This document shows, piece by piece, positions 52,749 through 64,000 of a DNA stretch of 64,000 nucleotides. Source of the stretch: Macrostomum lignano (lineage: Eukaryota); assembly GCA_002269645.1 (NCBI GenBank), contig NIVC01003547.1, positions 1 to 64,000 on the forward strand. Direction: 5' to 3'. The first letter of the stretch is position 1. Each line of letters starts with the position of its first letter. The notes beneath the pieces were generated by a model. The model saw nothing but the letters and a program-made list of their open reading frames with translations, did not search any database and was not told the origin of the DNA. The position numbers and the translations under genes were made by a program.

Positions 52749-54530
52749 ATGTCAAAGGGTATCAACTACAGCAAGTGGGACCACATCGAGGTCTCCGATG
52801 ACGAGGACGACACTCACCCGAATATTGACACGCCCTCGCTGTTCCGCTGGCGCCACGAGGCCCGAGTCAAGCGCATGGAGGAGCTGGCCAAGGAGAAGTC
52901 GGACTTCGAAGCCGAATGGAAGCAGGTCACCAGCCAGATTGATGAGGCCCAGCGTCAGGCAGATGCTGGAGACTCAGCGGCTGCCAGTAGGCTGGCCCAG
53001 CTCAAGGACCGGCTGAGCAAGCTGGAGGCCCATCGCCAGGAGCTGGCCAAGAAGGAGAAGTCTCAGCCGCTGAACATCGACACCATCTGCAAGGAGGGCA
53101 AGACCAGGACAATTATTAATAAGGCGGCCGCCCAGCCGCCGAAGCCTCGCACCGATGAGGAGACTTGGAAAAATCTCGAAGAATTTAAACAAAAATACGA
53201 CAAAGAGATTAAAAAGTTTGGCATGTTCTCCAAATTTGATGACGCCCAGCAATTTCTTGAGGAGCATCCGCATCTGGTTTGCGAAGCCGCCTGCGACCGA
53301 TTGGTGCTGTGGTGCGTCGATCTGGCAGTTGAAGAGAAAGCCAGCCTGCTTGAATACGTTACCAAGCAGTGCATCTGCCTTCAGTTCCTGCTGAAACTCG
53401 GCGCCGAGCTGGGCACCGATCCGCGCAACTGTCTGCGCCAGTTCTACGCCCGCCTGCGCGATCCCCAGCCCGAGTACATGCGGGCATTTGAAGAGGAGCT
53501 GGCCGCGTTCAGGTGAGACATTGTCAATTTTTCCTATTGTTGCAGATTTATTAGCAGGACAGGAACTGGTTAAACCTAATTTTATTGCCCTCATTATGCC
53601 AGATTCTCAGGATGACCAGCCTCACAGATCCTCAGGTTCATGGCAGCACACCTCACAGATCCTCAGGTTGATGACAGCACACCTACCAGATCCTCAGGTT
53701 GATGGCAGCACACCTCCCAGATCCTCAGGTTCATGGCAGCACACCTACCAGATCCTCAGGTTGATGGCAGCACACATCCCAGATCCTCAGGTTGATGGCA
53801 GCGCACCTCACAGATCCTCAGGTTGATGGCAGCATGCTGCACACCTACCAGATCCTCAGGTTGATGGCAGCATGCTGCACACCTACCAGATCCTCAGGTT
53901 GATGGCGGCCACCCTCGCTGATCCTTAAGAGGCTCAGGTCATCATTCTTCCAGCTCTTTACAGCTGCTCGCAGAGGGATGTCTGTCGATAAGATAGTCAG
54001 GCCCGTTGTTCAACATGTGTGATTGCGTGCCTGCTAACAGTACCTGTGTTGCGCGCTCACAAATTTAAATTTCAATCCAAATACTCCTAGCTAATTAGCA
54101 CTAACTGCTCTTCCCATCTACTCAATTCCCTTGCAGACAGCGGGTCCAGGATCGGGCCAAAGCTCGCCTAGAAGACGCCATGCGCGAATATGAGGAGGAA
54201 CAGCGCCAGGCCCGGCTGGGCCCCGGCGGCCTGGACCCGGTTGAAGTGTTCGACAGCCTGCCCGACTCGCTTAAGGCCTGCTTCGAGTCCAAAGACATTG
54301 CTCTGCTGCAGAAGACCCTAGCCGAGATGCCCATAGATGAGGCGCGCTACCATATGAAACGCTGCGTCGATAGCGGCATGTGGGTGCCCGACGCTTCGTC
54401 TAAAAAGCTTCTGGAAGGCGATGAAGCCGGCGCGGAGGCTGCGGCAGAGGCCGAGGAGGAGGCGGAGGGAGAGGCTGCGAGTGAGGGCAGAGATAAGAGC
54501 GAAGGCGATTACGCTGATCCAACCGCCTAA
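52749..54530 (+). CDS. CDC37: Hsp90 co-chaperone Cdc37, 385 aa, 2 exons
   Basis: Exons 52749-53512 (AG|gtgaga) and 54137-54530 (ttgcag|A) total 1158 nt in frame. Motifs YSKWDHIEVSDDEDDTHPNIDTPSLFRWRH (CK2-site Ser conserved), LGPGGLDPVEVFDSLP and HMKRCVDSGMWVP. Confidence 0.97.
53600..53912. repeat. 31-bp minisatellite in the Cdc37 intron
   Basis: Unit CAGATCCTCAGGTTGATGGCAGCACACCTAC, ~9-10 copies. Confidence 0.92.
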
Positions 54531-55618
54531 CTCACTGTCTGTTGTCTGTAATTCCTTTCTTACAGGACTGTTTGATGAATAATGAACCGGTCAAGTAGAA
54601 GTATAAAGCACAACATTAGGAAGCAGCCTCATCTTTGTCGCATTGCTTCAACCCGTATCCTATGAGAAATCGTATTATATATAAATTAATTTTTGTGTTC
54701 ATAATAGAATGGCGCAGTTTCTTTGTTTTCATGTGTAACGCCTTTCTGGATCATTAATTATTAAATGTCAAACATCCCAGAGCCCCCCTCAGCGCTTGTT
54801 GGTGAATTTTTTTGTGCACTCAAAAATGCGAATGAAATTCTGTTTAATTTAACAAACTTGAAGAGCTCAGATTAGCTGGCCAATTCATATTTGACATTAT
54901 TGTTTATTATGTATTGTTTGGGTAAAATTATTACAGATATTATCCCAGACTGTAACCATCTTTACCACACTTGCGCTCATTATATCTATATATTGAAGTC
55001 ATGCTAACACAAATTGCTATGGCAACCAATTTATAATGAATAAAATCGTTAGAAGTGTAGCGATATCTATATATAATTAAGTGTGTATGGGGATTTTGTA
55101 CTCCGGCTTAACCACAGTTGCCATTTAAATTGTGTTTGTGTTCTGTGGCACTTGAATTTATGGTATGGCAACAAGCTCAGCCAATCAGAATCGACGTGTT
55201 TCACTATAACAAATTTAGGGTCAGTTGGCTCCTATTTAAACCGCTGAGTTTTCCTGCTGGACGTCAACCTTTGAGCAGCTAAGCTGTAGGTGAGACTTAC
55301 AGTTGATTTTGATTGAGTAAACTCAGTCGATCAATTTATCAATCATTTTTAAGAATCAAATTTGAAACCATGTCATGCACTTCAGGGCTGACGATCCGGT
55401 ATCAATTCAAAGTGGCTTTAATTATGTAATGTAAGAATTCACCAGCTAAGAGCGCCATGACTGCTGTGCACAGCGCTAATTTAAGAGACGTACTTTTCTG
55501 TAGCCGAAGCTTCAATATAGGATCTTGCATGATAATGTAATAGTAGAATACATTCTCCGACCCTAATATCCATATGCTAAAAATATATACAGTAGTCTCA
55601 CCTTTCAAAAATCCCCTC

Positions 55619-57699
55619 GGGTCTACGACAATTGACTGCCACAATTTGACTGCCACAATTTGACTGCGGACAAAATGACTGCCGACAATTTGACTGCCAA
55701 CTAAATGACTGCCGACAAAATGACTGCGGAAATTTGACTGCCGACAATATGACTGCCGACAAAATGACTGCCGATAAAATGACTGCCGAAAATTTGACTG
55801 CCGACAAAATGACTGCGGAAATTTGACTGCCGACAATATGACTGCCGACTAAATGACTGCCGACAAAATGACTGCCGACAATTTGACTGCCGGCAAAATG
55901 ACTGCCGATAAAATGACTGCCGACAATTTGACTGCCAACTAAATGACTGCCGACAAAATGACTGCGGAAATTTGACTGCCGACAATATGACTGCCGACAA
56001 AATGACTGCCGATAAAATGACTGCCGAAAATTTGACTGCCGACAAAATGACTGCGGAAATTTGACTGCCGACAATATGACTGCCGACTAAATGACTGCCG
56101 ACAAAATGACTGCCGACAATTTGACTGCCGACAAAATGACTGCCGATAAAATGACTGCCGACAATTTGACTGCCGACAAAATGACTGCCAACTAAATGAC
56201 TGTCGAAAAAATGACTGCGGAAATTTGACTGCCGACAATTTCACTGCGGACAAAATGACTGCCGATAAAATGACTGCCGACAATTTGACTGCCGACAAAA
56301 TGACTGCCGATAAAATGACTGCGGAAATTTGACTGCCGACAATATGACTGCCAACAAAATGACTGCCGATAAAATGACTGCCGACAATTTGACTGCCAAC
56401 AAAATGACTGCCGATAAAATGACTGCCGACAATTTGACTGCCGACAAAATGACTGCCAACAAAATGACTGCCGACAAAATGACTGCCAACAAAATGACTG
56501 CCGACAAAATGACTGCGGCAATTTGACTGCCGACAAAATGACTGCGGCAATTTGACTGCCGAGCAATTTGACTGCCAGCGAAATGACTGCCGGAAAAATG
56601 ATGCTCCTAAAGTTTCGCACTCTGTCAACCCTTTTAAGTCTATGCATGTAGTGAAACATTGTATTTACGAGCTAGAATGATGCAGAACAGAACACTACCT
56701 TTATACAACAAGCTGTAACAGCTGTTGAAACCTGCGGATTTTGAACAGTGGGAAATGGGAACTCCAATCTTAGGAACTATTTTGCATATATTCTAAAATC
56801 TGAAGTTAAACTCAATCAAAAACTTTTATTATTAGAGTTAAACATAACATATATTACATTCGTGTAAAATTAGGATTGGAGGCAAACTATTGATATTGTT
56901 GACTGGGGTGCGGCGCAGAATGTCAGAAAAACTCTGGCCTCTACTTCTGCCTCTCGATCCCTATGTTCCTTGCATCCTTTGAAACTTCTATCTTCTCTTC
57001 TGTTTTCTCACTTCTCTCTCATCTCCCCTCTCTCATCTGTCATCTTTACTCTCTTATACTGGTATGTTCTCTCACCTCTCTCCTCTGTACTCAATTCTCT
57101 TTCCCCTCTTTCGACTCCTCTCTTTCCTTTCTCCTTTCTTGCCTTTTCTTTTCTTCTCTTCTTTCTTCTATACTCTCTCCCTCTCTTGTCTTTTCTCTTC
57201 TCTCTCTGCGCTCTCCTCTCTCCTCTCATATATCGTGTTCACTCTCTGACTCTCATCTTTGCTCTCTCACCCCCCTCTCATCTTTACTCTTCACTCCTGT
57301 GTACCTGTCACTTCACTCTTCCCCTCTTCTGACTCCTCTCTTTCCTTAGTCCTCTTCTTTCCCCTCTTCTATACTCTCTCCCTCTCTCTCCCCTTTATTC
57401 ACTTCTCTCGTCTCTCTGCACTCTGCTCTCTCCGCCTTCATCTCTCATCTCTCATCTCTCCTTTCATCTCTCTCACCTCTACAATCTCTCCTTTCCCCTG
57501 TCTTCTTTTTCAACTTCTCTCTCATCTCTCTCTCCTCTTTTGCATAACGAGAATGCGCCTAGCAAGCTTTGCCTCAGTCATTTTGTCGGCAGTCATTTTG
57601 TCGGCAGTCATTTTGTCCGCAGTCATTTTGTTTGCAGTCATTTTGTCGGCAGTCAAATTGCTCGGCAGTCAAATTGTGGCAGTCAATTGTCGTGCACCC
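55619..57699. mobile_element. Asymmetric foldback-type element whose arms are built from 15-bp TGACTGCCGACAAAA repeats
   Basis: Left arm 55619-~56590; inverted right arm ~57575-57699. The termini GGGTCTACGACAATTGACTGCC and GGCAGTCAATTGTCGTGCACCC are reverse complements, and both flanks read CTC. A CT-rich tract lies at 56960-57540. Confidence 0.8.
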
Positions 57700-59751
57700 C
57701 TCCAAAAGCTATCACATTGCTATTTTTGCACTATCTTCTCATCGGCAATTTTCGATGCTCTGTGAAAAAATGTAAGCGGAAATTGGAGATGAAACCACAG
57801 ATACTATAAACTATTTTTATACTATATACTGTGTGTTATGGTATCTGTGGATGAAACCTCGTGGCGAATATTAATAATAAAGTTTATTTACCAGACATAT
57901 TTTTGCGATGGCGAATTGTTTTTTTAAAAAATGGTGTGATACTGATTCGCTAGTGAAACGTGAGTGCAGTGAGCCAGTTCTCACGGTGGTTGCTGGCGGT
58001 GGATAAACTGGCTTACCTTTTCAGTCATGTCTTTGGGAAAGATCAAATTATCTAATGCTGCTGTCAAATGAGAAGCCTTGACTGAATGGCTCACAAATGC
58101 AAAATATTAAATATTAATATCACCGGTTAATTTTTAGCGATGCAGTGCAGCGCAACTACTTTTTTATTCGCGATTCTAGCTATAGGCATCGCTCATTTGG
58201 TCTTGACGTACTAATATAGTCGGCCTCAAGGGGTGAGGAAGGGGGGAGCGGTTTGGAAGATCGACAGCAGGAGAGGTCAGGGCAAGCATATATATATATA
58301 TTAGACCGGCAACCGGCAACAATTGGCAACAATAGGACAACCGGCAACAATTGGACCAGCCATTCCGGTTGTTGCTCTGCAAGAACCTATTCTACTGTAA
58401 TTCTATTCTACTGTCAATATACTCTATTTAGTACCTACAAAAGTGCACTAGCAGCTTATATATGATAGTATTCATATCACAATGCAATTCAATATGTGCT
58501 AAAGCATTCATAACAACGATTTATTAGTTGTAAATTGTCCTGCCATTTTTTTCTTAGATTTTTGCATACATACTTTTGCAGTAAATCATAGTTTTAATGC
58601 TTGAAAAAACAACATTTAACTGTATCTTTTTCTAAGAAACGTAAGTTCATTTTCCTGTAGTAGTACCATCAGTCGTTTATAAGTATGAAGTTTAGTACGA
58701 AGTTTATATCTGCTGTTGCAAAATGGGAATGTCTTTCAGTCAGCTTCAGCCTGAAGCTCAAAAAATTGATTGAAACCAACGTTAGTTTTAATATTGTGAA
58801 AACAATATAGGCCTAAGTAAAGTATCAATAGTTTGATGGAATACATGACTATATTGGTCTTATTTTGGATGCTTATATCTTTTTAAAATTGTTTTGTATT
58901 TTACTTTATTTGTGGTAATACTCTTTCAGTATTTTATCTTTTTGAAAATTGAACATAATAATTAGCAAAAGCATTCTTTACTTTATTATTAATATAGTTT
59001 TTAGATTCCTATAAAATGATGCCCAACTAGCTATTGTGCAACTACAAAACATTTTTGACATTACATCTTCTATTGTCAATGCCTTAGATTTCCAATTCAA
59101 TTAGCAATTCAATTGTATTCGATTGTTGTTTCATTGGTGATGCAATGATAATGATGAGTTAATTTTACTTAATTTTGTATTACTCTGTAATTTATTACTA
59201 ATAATATTTCTAAATAGTTATTATTGCTATTAGAATATAAAAATGCAAGATTTTAGGGTGTGAATTAATTTTTGGTTGTTATATTGTACTATTTTTACTT
59301 TTTAGATATTATTAATTATTGTTAATTGTACAATAATATAAAATGAAAAGACATCAATTTTTTGCATATTACAAATTTGTTATTTGAAAATTTCTGATTT
59401 TTGTCATATCAACTCAATGTATTCATCTATATTGTTGTTCCTAATTAAGATATTATATATTTATATTTTAAGAAAAGTATAATATAATATAATATAATAT
59501 AATATTTAGATTTATAAAATATAGATATTTCTATAAAAGTAATATAAAAATATAAATTATAAATATATTTATTATATTACAATACTATACAATTGACAAC
59601 TCATATTCAATGTGATATGATTATTATACAATGGAATATGAATATTGTTATAGCAAGATTGTAGTACCATATTTTAGTATAGTCTTAAACTATTAATATT
59701 TATTATAATATTCATTCATTTCAGTTTCCTTTATCTAATAGTTGAGCAACA

Positions 59752-61047
59752 ATGGAGAAGCTTGAAGCACTTGGTAAGTTTTTTATTTGCTAAAAAATTG
59801 GAAAACTAAGCTAGCCATTGCAGCTCATTGTCAATATACTCTATATAGTACCTACAAAAGTGCACTAGCAGAACCAGATTCCATCTTGTAAGATGACCCT
59901 TAGCTAAAGTAGGCCTTTTGGCATTTATTTCATGGGTAGATGAGCCCTTCTCATAATGTTTGAAGTTATTCAATTGGTTTTTTATACCCATACTTACCTA
60001 TGTTTCTCTCTCTAATATACGAGCTATCCTCAATCTAAGCGTAAGTTGTAGCCTAGTGGTTAGAGCAGTGGACTCACAACTTGAAGGTCGGGGGTTCGAT
60101 TCTCGACCCACTCGTAACAATTTGTGTCCTTGAGCAAGACACTTTAAAACTCTGCATTGCTTCAGCTCACCCAACTGTAAAATGGGTGCCAGCATTGGTT
60201 GGGGTAATTGAGGATGTGTGGCGACCCCCCAGTCCTTGGACTGAAAAGCTGTACGCAGCCTTCAGATGCGCCGCGCAATAGCTGCGGCTGAGCTGTCGGT
60301 TGCACATCTGGCCATTGAGGCAGGTACAATCAATCTAAAAATAAATAACAAATTTTGACCTTCAATTTTGCAGCCGCCGAGCCGCAGAACCAGGCGCTGA
60401 TCAAGCGAGTCGAGGACGCTTTCGGCTCGGCCGGCGCCCCGCTGCAGAAGCCCGGCCGGCTGCTGCTAGGCGAGGGCACGCTGTCCAAGGTGTGCAGAAA
60501 AAGCGAACAGCTCCGACAGTTCTTTCTGTTTAATGACATCCTCATCTACGGGATGCCGCAGTTCCGCGGCTCCTACACCAAGCAGCGGGTGCTGGAGCTG
60601 ATCAGCCTCAGCGTGCAGCCTGTACCCGGCCAGCCCCGCGCTCTCGACCTGCACTCGCCGCAGAAGAGCTTCCGGGTGGTGTGCAACACGGCCGCCGAGG
60701 CCGAGCAGTGGGCCCAGCGCATCCGACTCTGCTCCGAGGACTGCCGCAGGCGGCTCGGCCTGTCAGCCGGCATTTCGCCGGCCGCCGAGACTTCGCCAAT
60801 CTGGGTGCCGGACAGCGCCGCCTCGGTGTGCATGCACTGCAAGACTGCCCAGTTTGGCGTTGTTAATCGGCGCCATCATTGCCGGCGCTGCGGCGCCGTT
60901 GTCTGCGCGCCCTGCTCAAATCGTACCTGGCTGTTTCCCAGCATCAGCGCCACTCCGCAGCGGGTGTGCCTGACCTGCTACAACAAGTTGAGCAGCCACT
61001 CGACTGCCGGTGCCTCCAGCTCGGCCAATGCTGACCAAAGCGAGTGA
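59752..61047 (+). CDS. PLEKHF2: PH and FYVE domain protein (Phafin, PLEKHF1/2 family), 231 aa, 2 coding exons
   Basis: Exons 59752-59773 (G|gtaagt) and 60374-61047 (ttgcag|CC), phase 1. PH region GRLLLGEGTLSKVCRK..FFLFNDILIYG; FYVE motifs WVPD, CMHC, RRHHCRRCG, CAPC and RVCLTC. Confidence 0.93.
60044..60325 (+). mobile_element. tRNA-derived CORE-like SINE (family 1, copy 2), intronic
   Basis: TAGCCTAGTGGTTAG (A box), GGTTCGATTC (B box), TGTGTCCTTGAGCAAGACACT..CTGTAAAATGGG; collinear with 2912-3179. Confidence 0.87.
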
Positions 61048-61100
61048 TTGATATCTTGTTGTGGCTTTTCTGTGTGCTTGATGGGTTTTGTCTGAATCAC

Positions 61101-61490
61101 AGATACTAAAATAACCTAAATGGGCCACTCAGGCATAGACTTGGTAAAACCGCTTTCTACTTTCAGTTCAGTAGCAAAGAAGAATACATAAGCTATTTTA
61201 TAAAAATAAAGCCAGCTGAAATGACTTTGATAAGTTTAGAAGCCCAAGCTTGCAGGCGTAAACAACTTGCTAATTGGTTCAGCAATAATGTACATTAGCC
61301 AGTCCACTGAAATGTACATGGCAGGGCGTAGTGTGGAAAGGCGCGTTTGGAGGTTTAAGTGGGGGTAAGAGCCAATAAATGAGCCTTGGCTTTAAAAAGA
61401 CATTAAAATGCTTCTGTTTAACTTGCTACTGAACTGAAAGTAGCTTGCACCCAAATGTGCTGAGTGGTCTATCTAGTTATTCTAGTATCT
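61101..61490. mobile_element. MITE with ~70-bp imperfect TIRs, 3' of PLEKHF; partial inverted copy at ~27290-27460
   Basis: Left AGATACTAAAATAACC..CTACTTTCAGTTCAGTAGCAA and right TTGCTACTGAACTGAAAGTAG..AGTTATTCTAGTATCT. Confidence 0.7.
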
Positions 61491-61574
61491 GATTTTGTCT
61501 AAACTGGAACTCAAGCCACACAAAACCCAAACCACATGAAACCCAAGCTATTTGTATCATAACCCATGTCAGTG

Positions 61575-62022
61575 GAACCCAAGCAATCTGGAACCCAAGC
61601 CACGTGGAACCCAAGCCACGTGGAATCCAAGCCACCTGAAATCCAAACCACGTGGAACCGAAGCCACCTGGAACCGAAGCCACCTGGAACCCAAGCCACC
61701 TGGAACCCAAGCCACCTGGAACCGAAGCCACCTGGAACCGAAGCCACCTGGATCGGAAGCCACGTGGAACCCAAGCCACCTGGAACCCAAGCCACCTGGA
61801 ACCCAAGCCACCTGGAACCCAAGCCACCTGGAACCCAAGCCATCTGGAACCGAAGCCACCTGGAACCGAAGCCACCTGGAACCGAAGCCACCTGGAACCG
61901 AAGCCACCTGGAACGGAAGCCACCTGGAACGGAAGCCACGTGGAACCCAAGCCACCTGGAACCCAAGCCACCTGGAACCCAAGCCACCTGGAACCCAAGC
62001 CACCTGGAACCCAAGCCACATG
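61575..62022. repeat. 16-bp minisatellite (TGGAACCCAAGCCACC)n
   Basis: Directly visible; the ORFs cycle every 16 aa. Confidence 0.96.
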
Positions 62023-62504
62023 AAAATCAAGTTAGCTAAAACCCATGGAACTTAATGCTACCTAAAACCCAAGCCCTATGTGCCCCATATGCAACTCTAC
62101 ATATTGATTAAATTTAGCTCGTAATGGATATTTTTCAACCTGTGTTAATGCCCAAATGCAGTAAGTAAGCAAGGACATTCTCCACTAGTATTAAAACGAT
62201 TCCTCAGTAAAAAGCTAAACAATGAAAAAGCTCTATTGGACGTGTTTTACAAAATGTTTTTAACTGTCTCTGTGATTTTAATATTGCGGTCAAAAAATCT
62301 TTTTTATTTGCATGCTTAACTATCTCTATCTGGATGCCAAATACATGTACTGCTTGAAGTGATTGCTGCAGGCACAACTCACTAGCACTATTGAATACGA
62401 AGTACTTCCATTTGATCGGATTAATAGTTGTATGCATGTACTGCCTGCTTTGTTACTGCTCCCGAGACGAATGGGAAAAGTGAAGGAAGCTCCTATTTGG
62501 TTGT

Positions 62505-62596
62505 CAGGTCTGTGTCTGTCTGCCTGCCTGTCTGTCTGTCTGTCTGCCTGCCTGTCTGTCTGTCTGTCTGCCTGCCTGTCTTAGCATCTGTCCGTC

Positions 62597-62661
<65 letters not shown>

Positions 62662-62713
62662 TAGTGTCTGTCTGTCTTACCTGTCTGACTGTCTTAGTGT
62701 CTGTCTGTCTTAG

Positions 62714-62759
<46 letters not shown>

Positions 62760-62841
62760 CCTGTCTGTCTGTCTTAGTGTCTGTCTGTCTTAGTGTCTGT
62801 CTGTCTGTCTGTCTGTCTGAGCATCTGTCTGTCTGTCTGCC

Positions 62842-62934
<93 letters not shown>

Positions 62935-62965
62935 GAGCATCTGTCTGTCTGTTTGTCTGCCTGTC
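62505..62965. repeat. Degenerate (TGTC)n/(TG)n microsatellite
   Basis: Directly visible. Confidence 0.95.
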
Positions 62966-64000
62966 TTAGTGTCTGTTTGTCACAGTGTCAGTCTATGGAC
63001 TTATCTTTTCATCTTCCCTGTATTTGAGTGTCTCCCCAGCTGTCTTCAATCCTATACCATATGATTCATCAAGATTTTCGGCACTTCGTCATAAAAATAT
63101 TTTATTTCCTAATTTTTTACGCGGCTTTGCTTTTCTGTTTCCTGCGCTTCAAAAAATGGTGCTTTTTGCTGGATTTTGCCGCCTCCTTGCACACACGAAA
63201 CCAAGCCAGTCGGATCCGGGTTGTTTTCAGCCATGTTCGACTGTCCCGCTATGATTTACTGCGACAATAATATTTATTGTAATTTTTATTGCACTATGGC
63301 GGCTGCCTGGCATTTTTATATTGCATACAAAAACTAATGGCTGACAATAAAGATTGTAATTTTTTCTCGCTATGAAGACTCGGTTTTCTGATGTTTACCT
63401 GACAATAATTCCTTGGATTGCCCGTTCGCCTTTGCCAGCTGTCCGCAATATATAATTCGGTCTGGTTGCTGCAATGCTGACAGCTCACACTTTTGTTTTA
63501 ATTTGAGGAAAAGTTAGCTATTAACTTTTTTAATGAATTGGTTTTTAATTTAAAAAGTGATTACTGTTCTGAACGTAATAAAATAAAGGTGCACGAATTC
63601 TGGGTAATATTATATTACTTGTGTTTTTACGGATATTTTTACTATCATAAAATATTAGAAAAATGTTGATGCTTAAAAGTCCCAGTGTCAAGAATATTAG
63701 TGATATCTAAATATCGTTTTCATCCATTTTCCGGCATTGCAGTTTATGGCCAGGCTGACTATGATATTGTAGAAAATATTTGACTTCCTTATTTCAACCG
63801 ATCGGCAGCTTGAAAGCTCGGATAGCGATGTCTGGCCTTAGTCGGTTTCGCATGTGTAAGATAATTCTGCTTTTGACCTTTATCGTTCATCTGACGCATG
63901 CTTCATACACCCACCTCACTCCTTTTCCTTTGCTGTCCAATCAGCCCGCGTCGCCCACCTCACTCCTTTCCCTTTGTTGTCCAATCAGCCCGCATCGCAC

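Noticed and set aside
63905-64000. Two ~45-bp units containing CCAAT at the window end
   Set aside because: Truncated by the window edge; a promoter cannot be told from the start of another minisatellite.

Overview
Eukaryotic (animal) genomic DNA, with no prokaryotic features. It has spliceosomal introns, GC-rich exons in AT-rich, minisatellite-dense intergenic DNA, and many transposon relics. The style suggests a free-living flatworm such as Macrostomum, but that is inference only. Host genes: an intronless class A neuropeptide-type GPCR (13.1-14.5 kb, +), a stomatin (19.0-20.4 kb, -; GC-AG intron and an in-frame TAG near its start), an intronless IER-family polyQ gene (24.1-24.8 kb, +), Cdc37 (52.7-54.5 kb, +) and a PH-FYVE Phafin/PLEKHF gene (59.8-61.0 kb, +). 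The ORF track misses a cluster of three two-exon genes (A 29.9-30.6 kb, B 39.3-40.1 kb, C 42.5-43.4 kb, all -). They encode 130-144 aa single-EGF-domain membrane proteins with an unusual 15-residue C1-C2 loop and no visible signal peptide; this is the most novel element of the window. Mobile DNA: a near-intact 4.8-kb LOA-like LINE with a 16-bp TSD inserted into a dead Gypsy integrase, a second decayed LINE 3' end, a decayed Gypsy gag-pol, two tRNA-derived SINE families (one with a CORE-like domain), and several MITEs or foldback elements, some with readable TSDs. About a dozen tandem arrays explain most long ORFs in the track, which are spurious.
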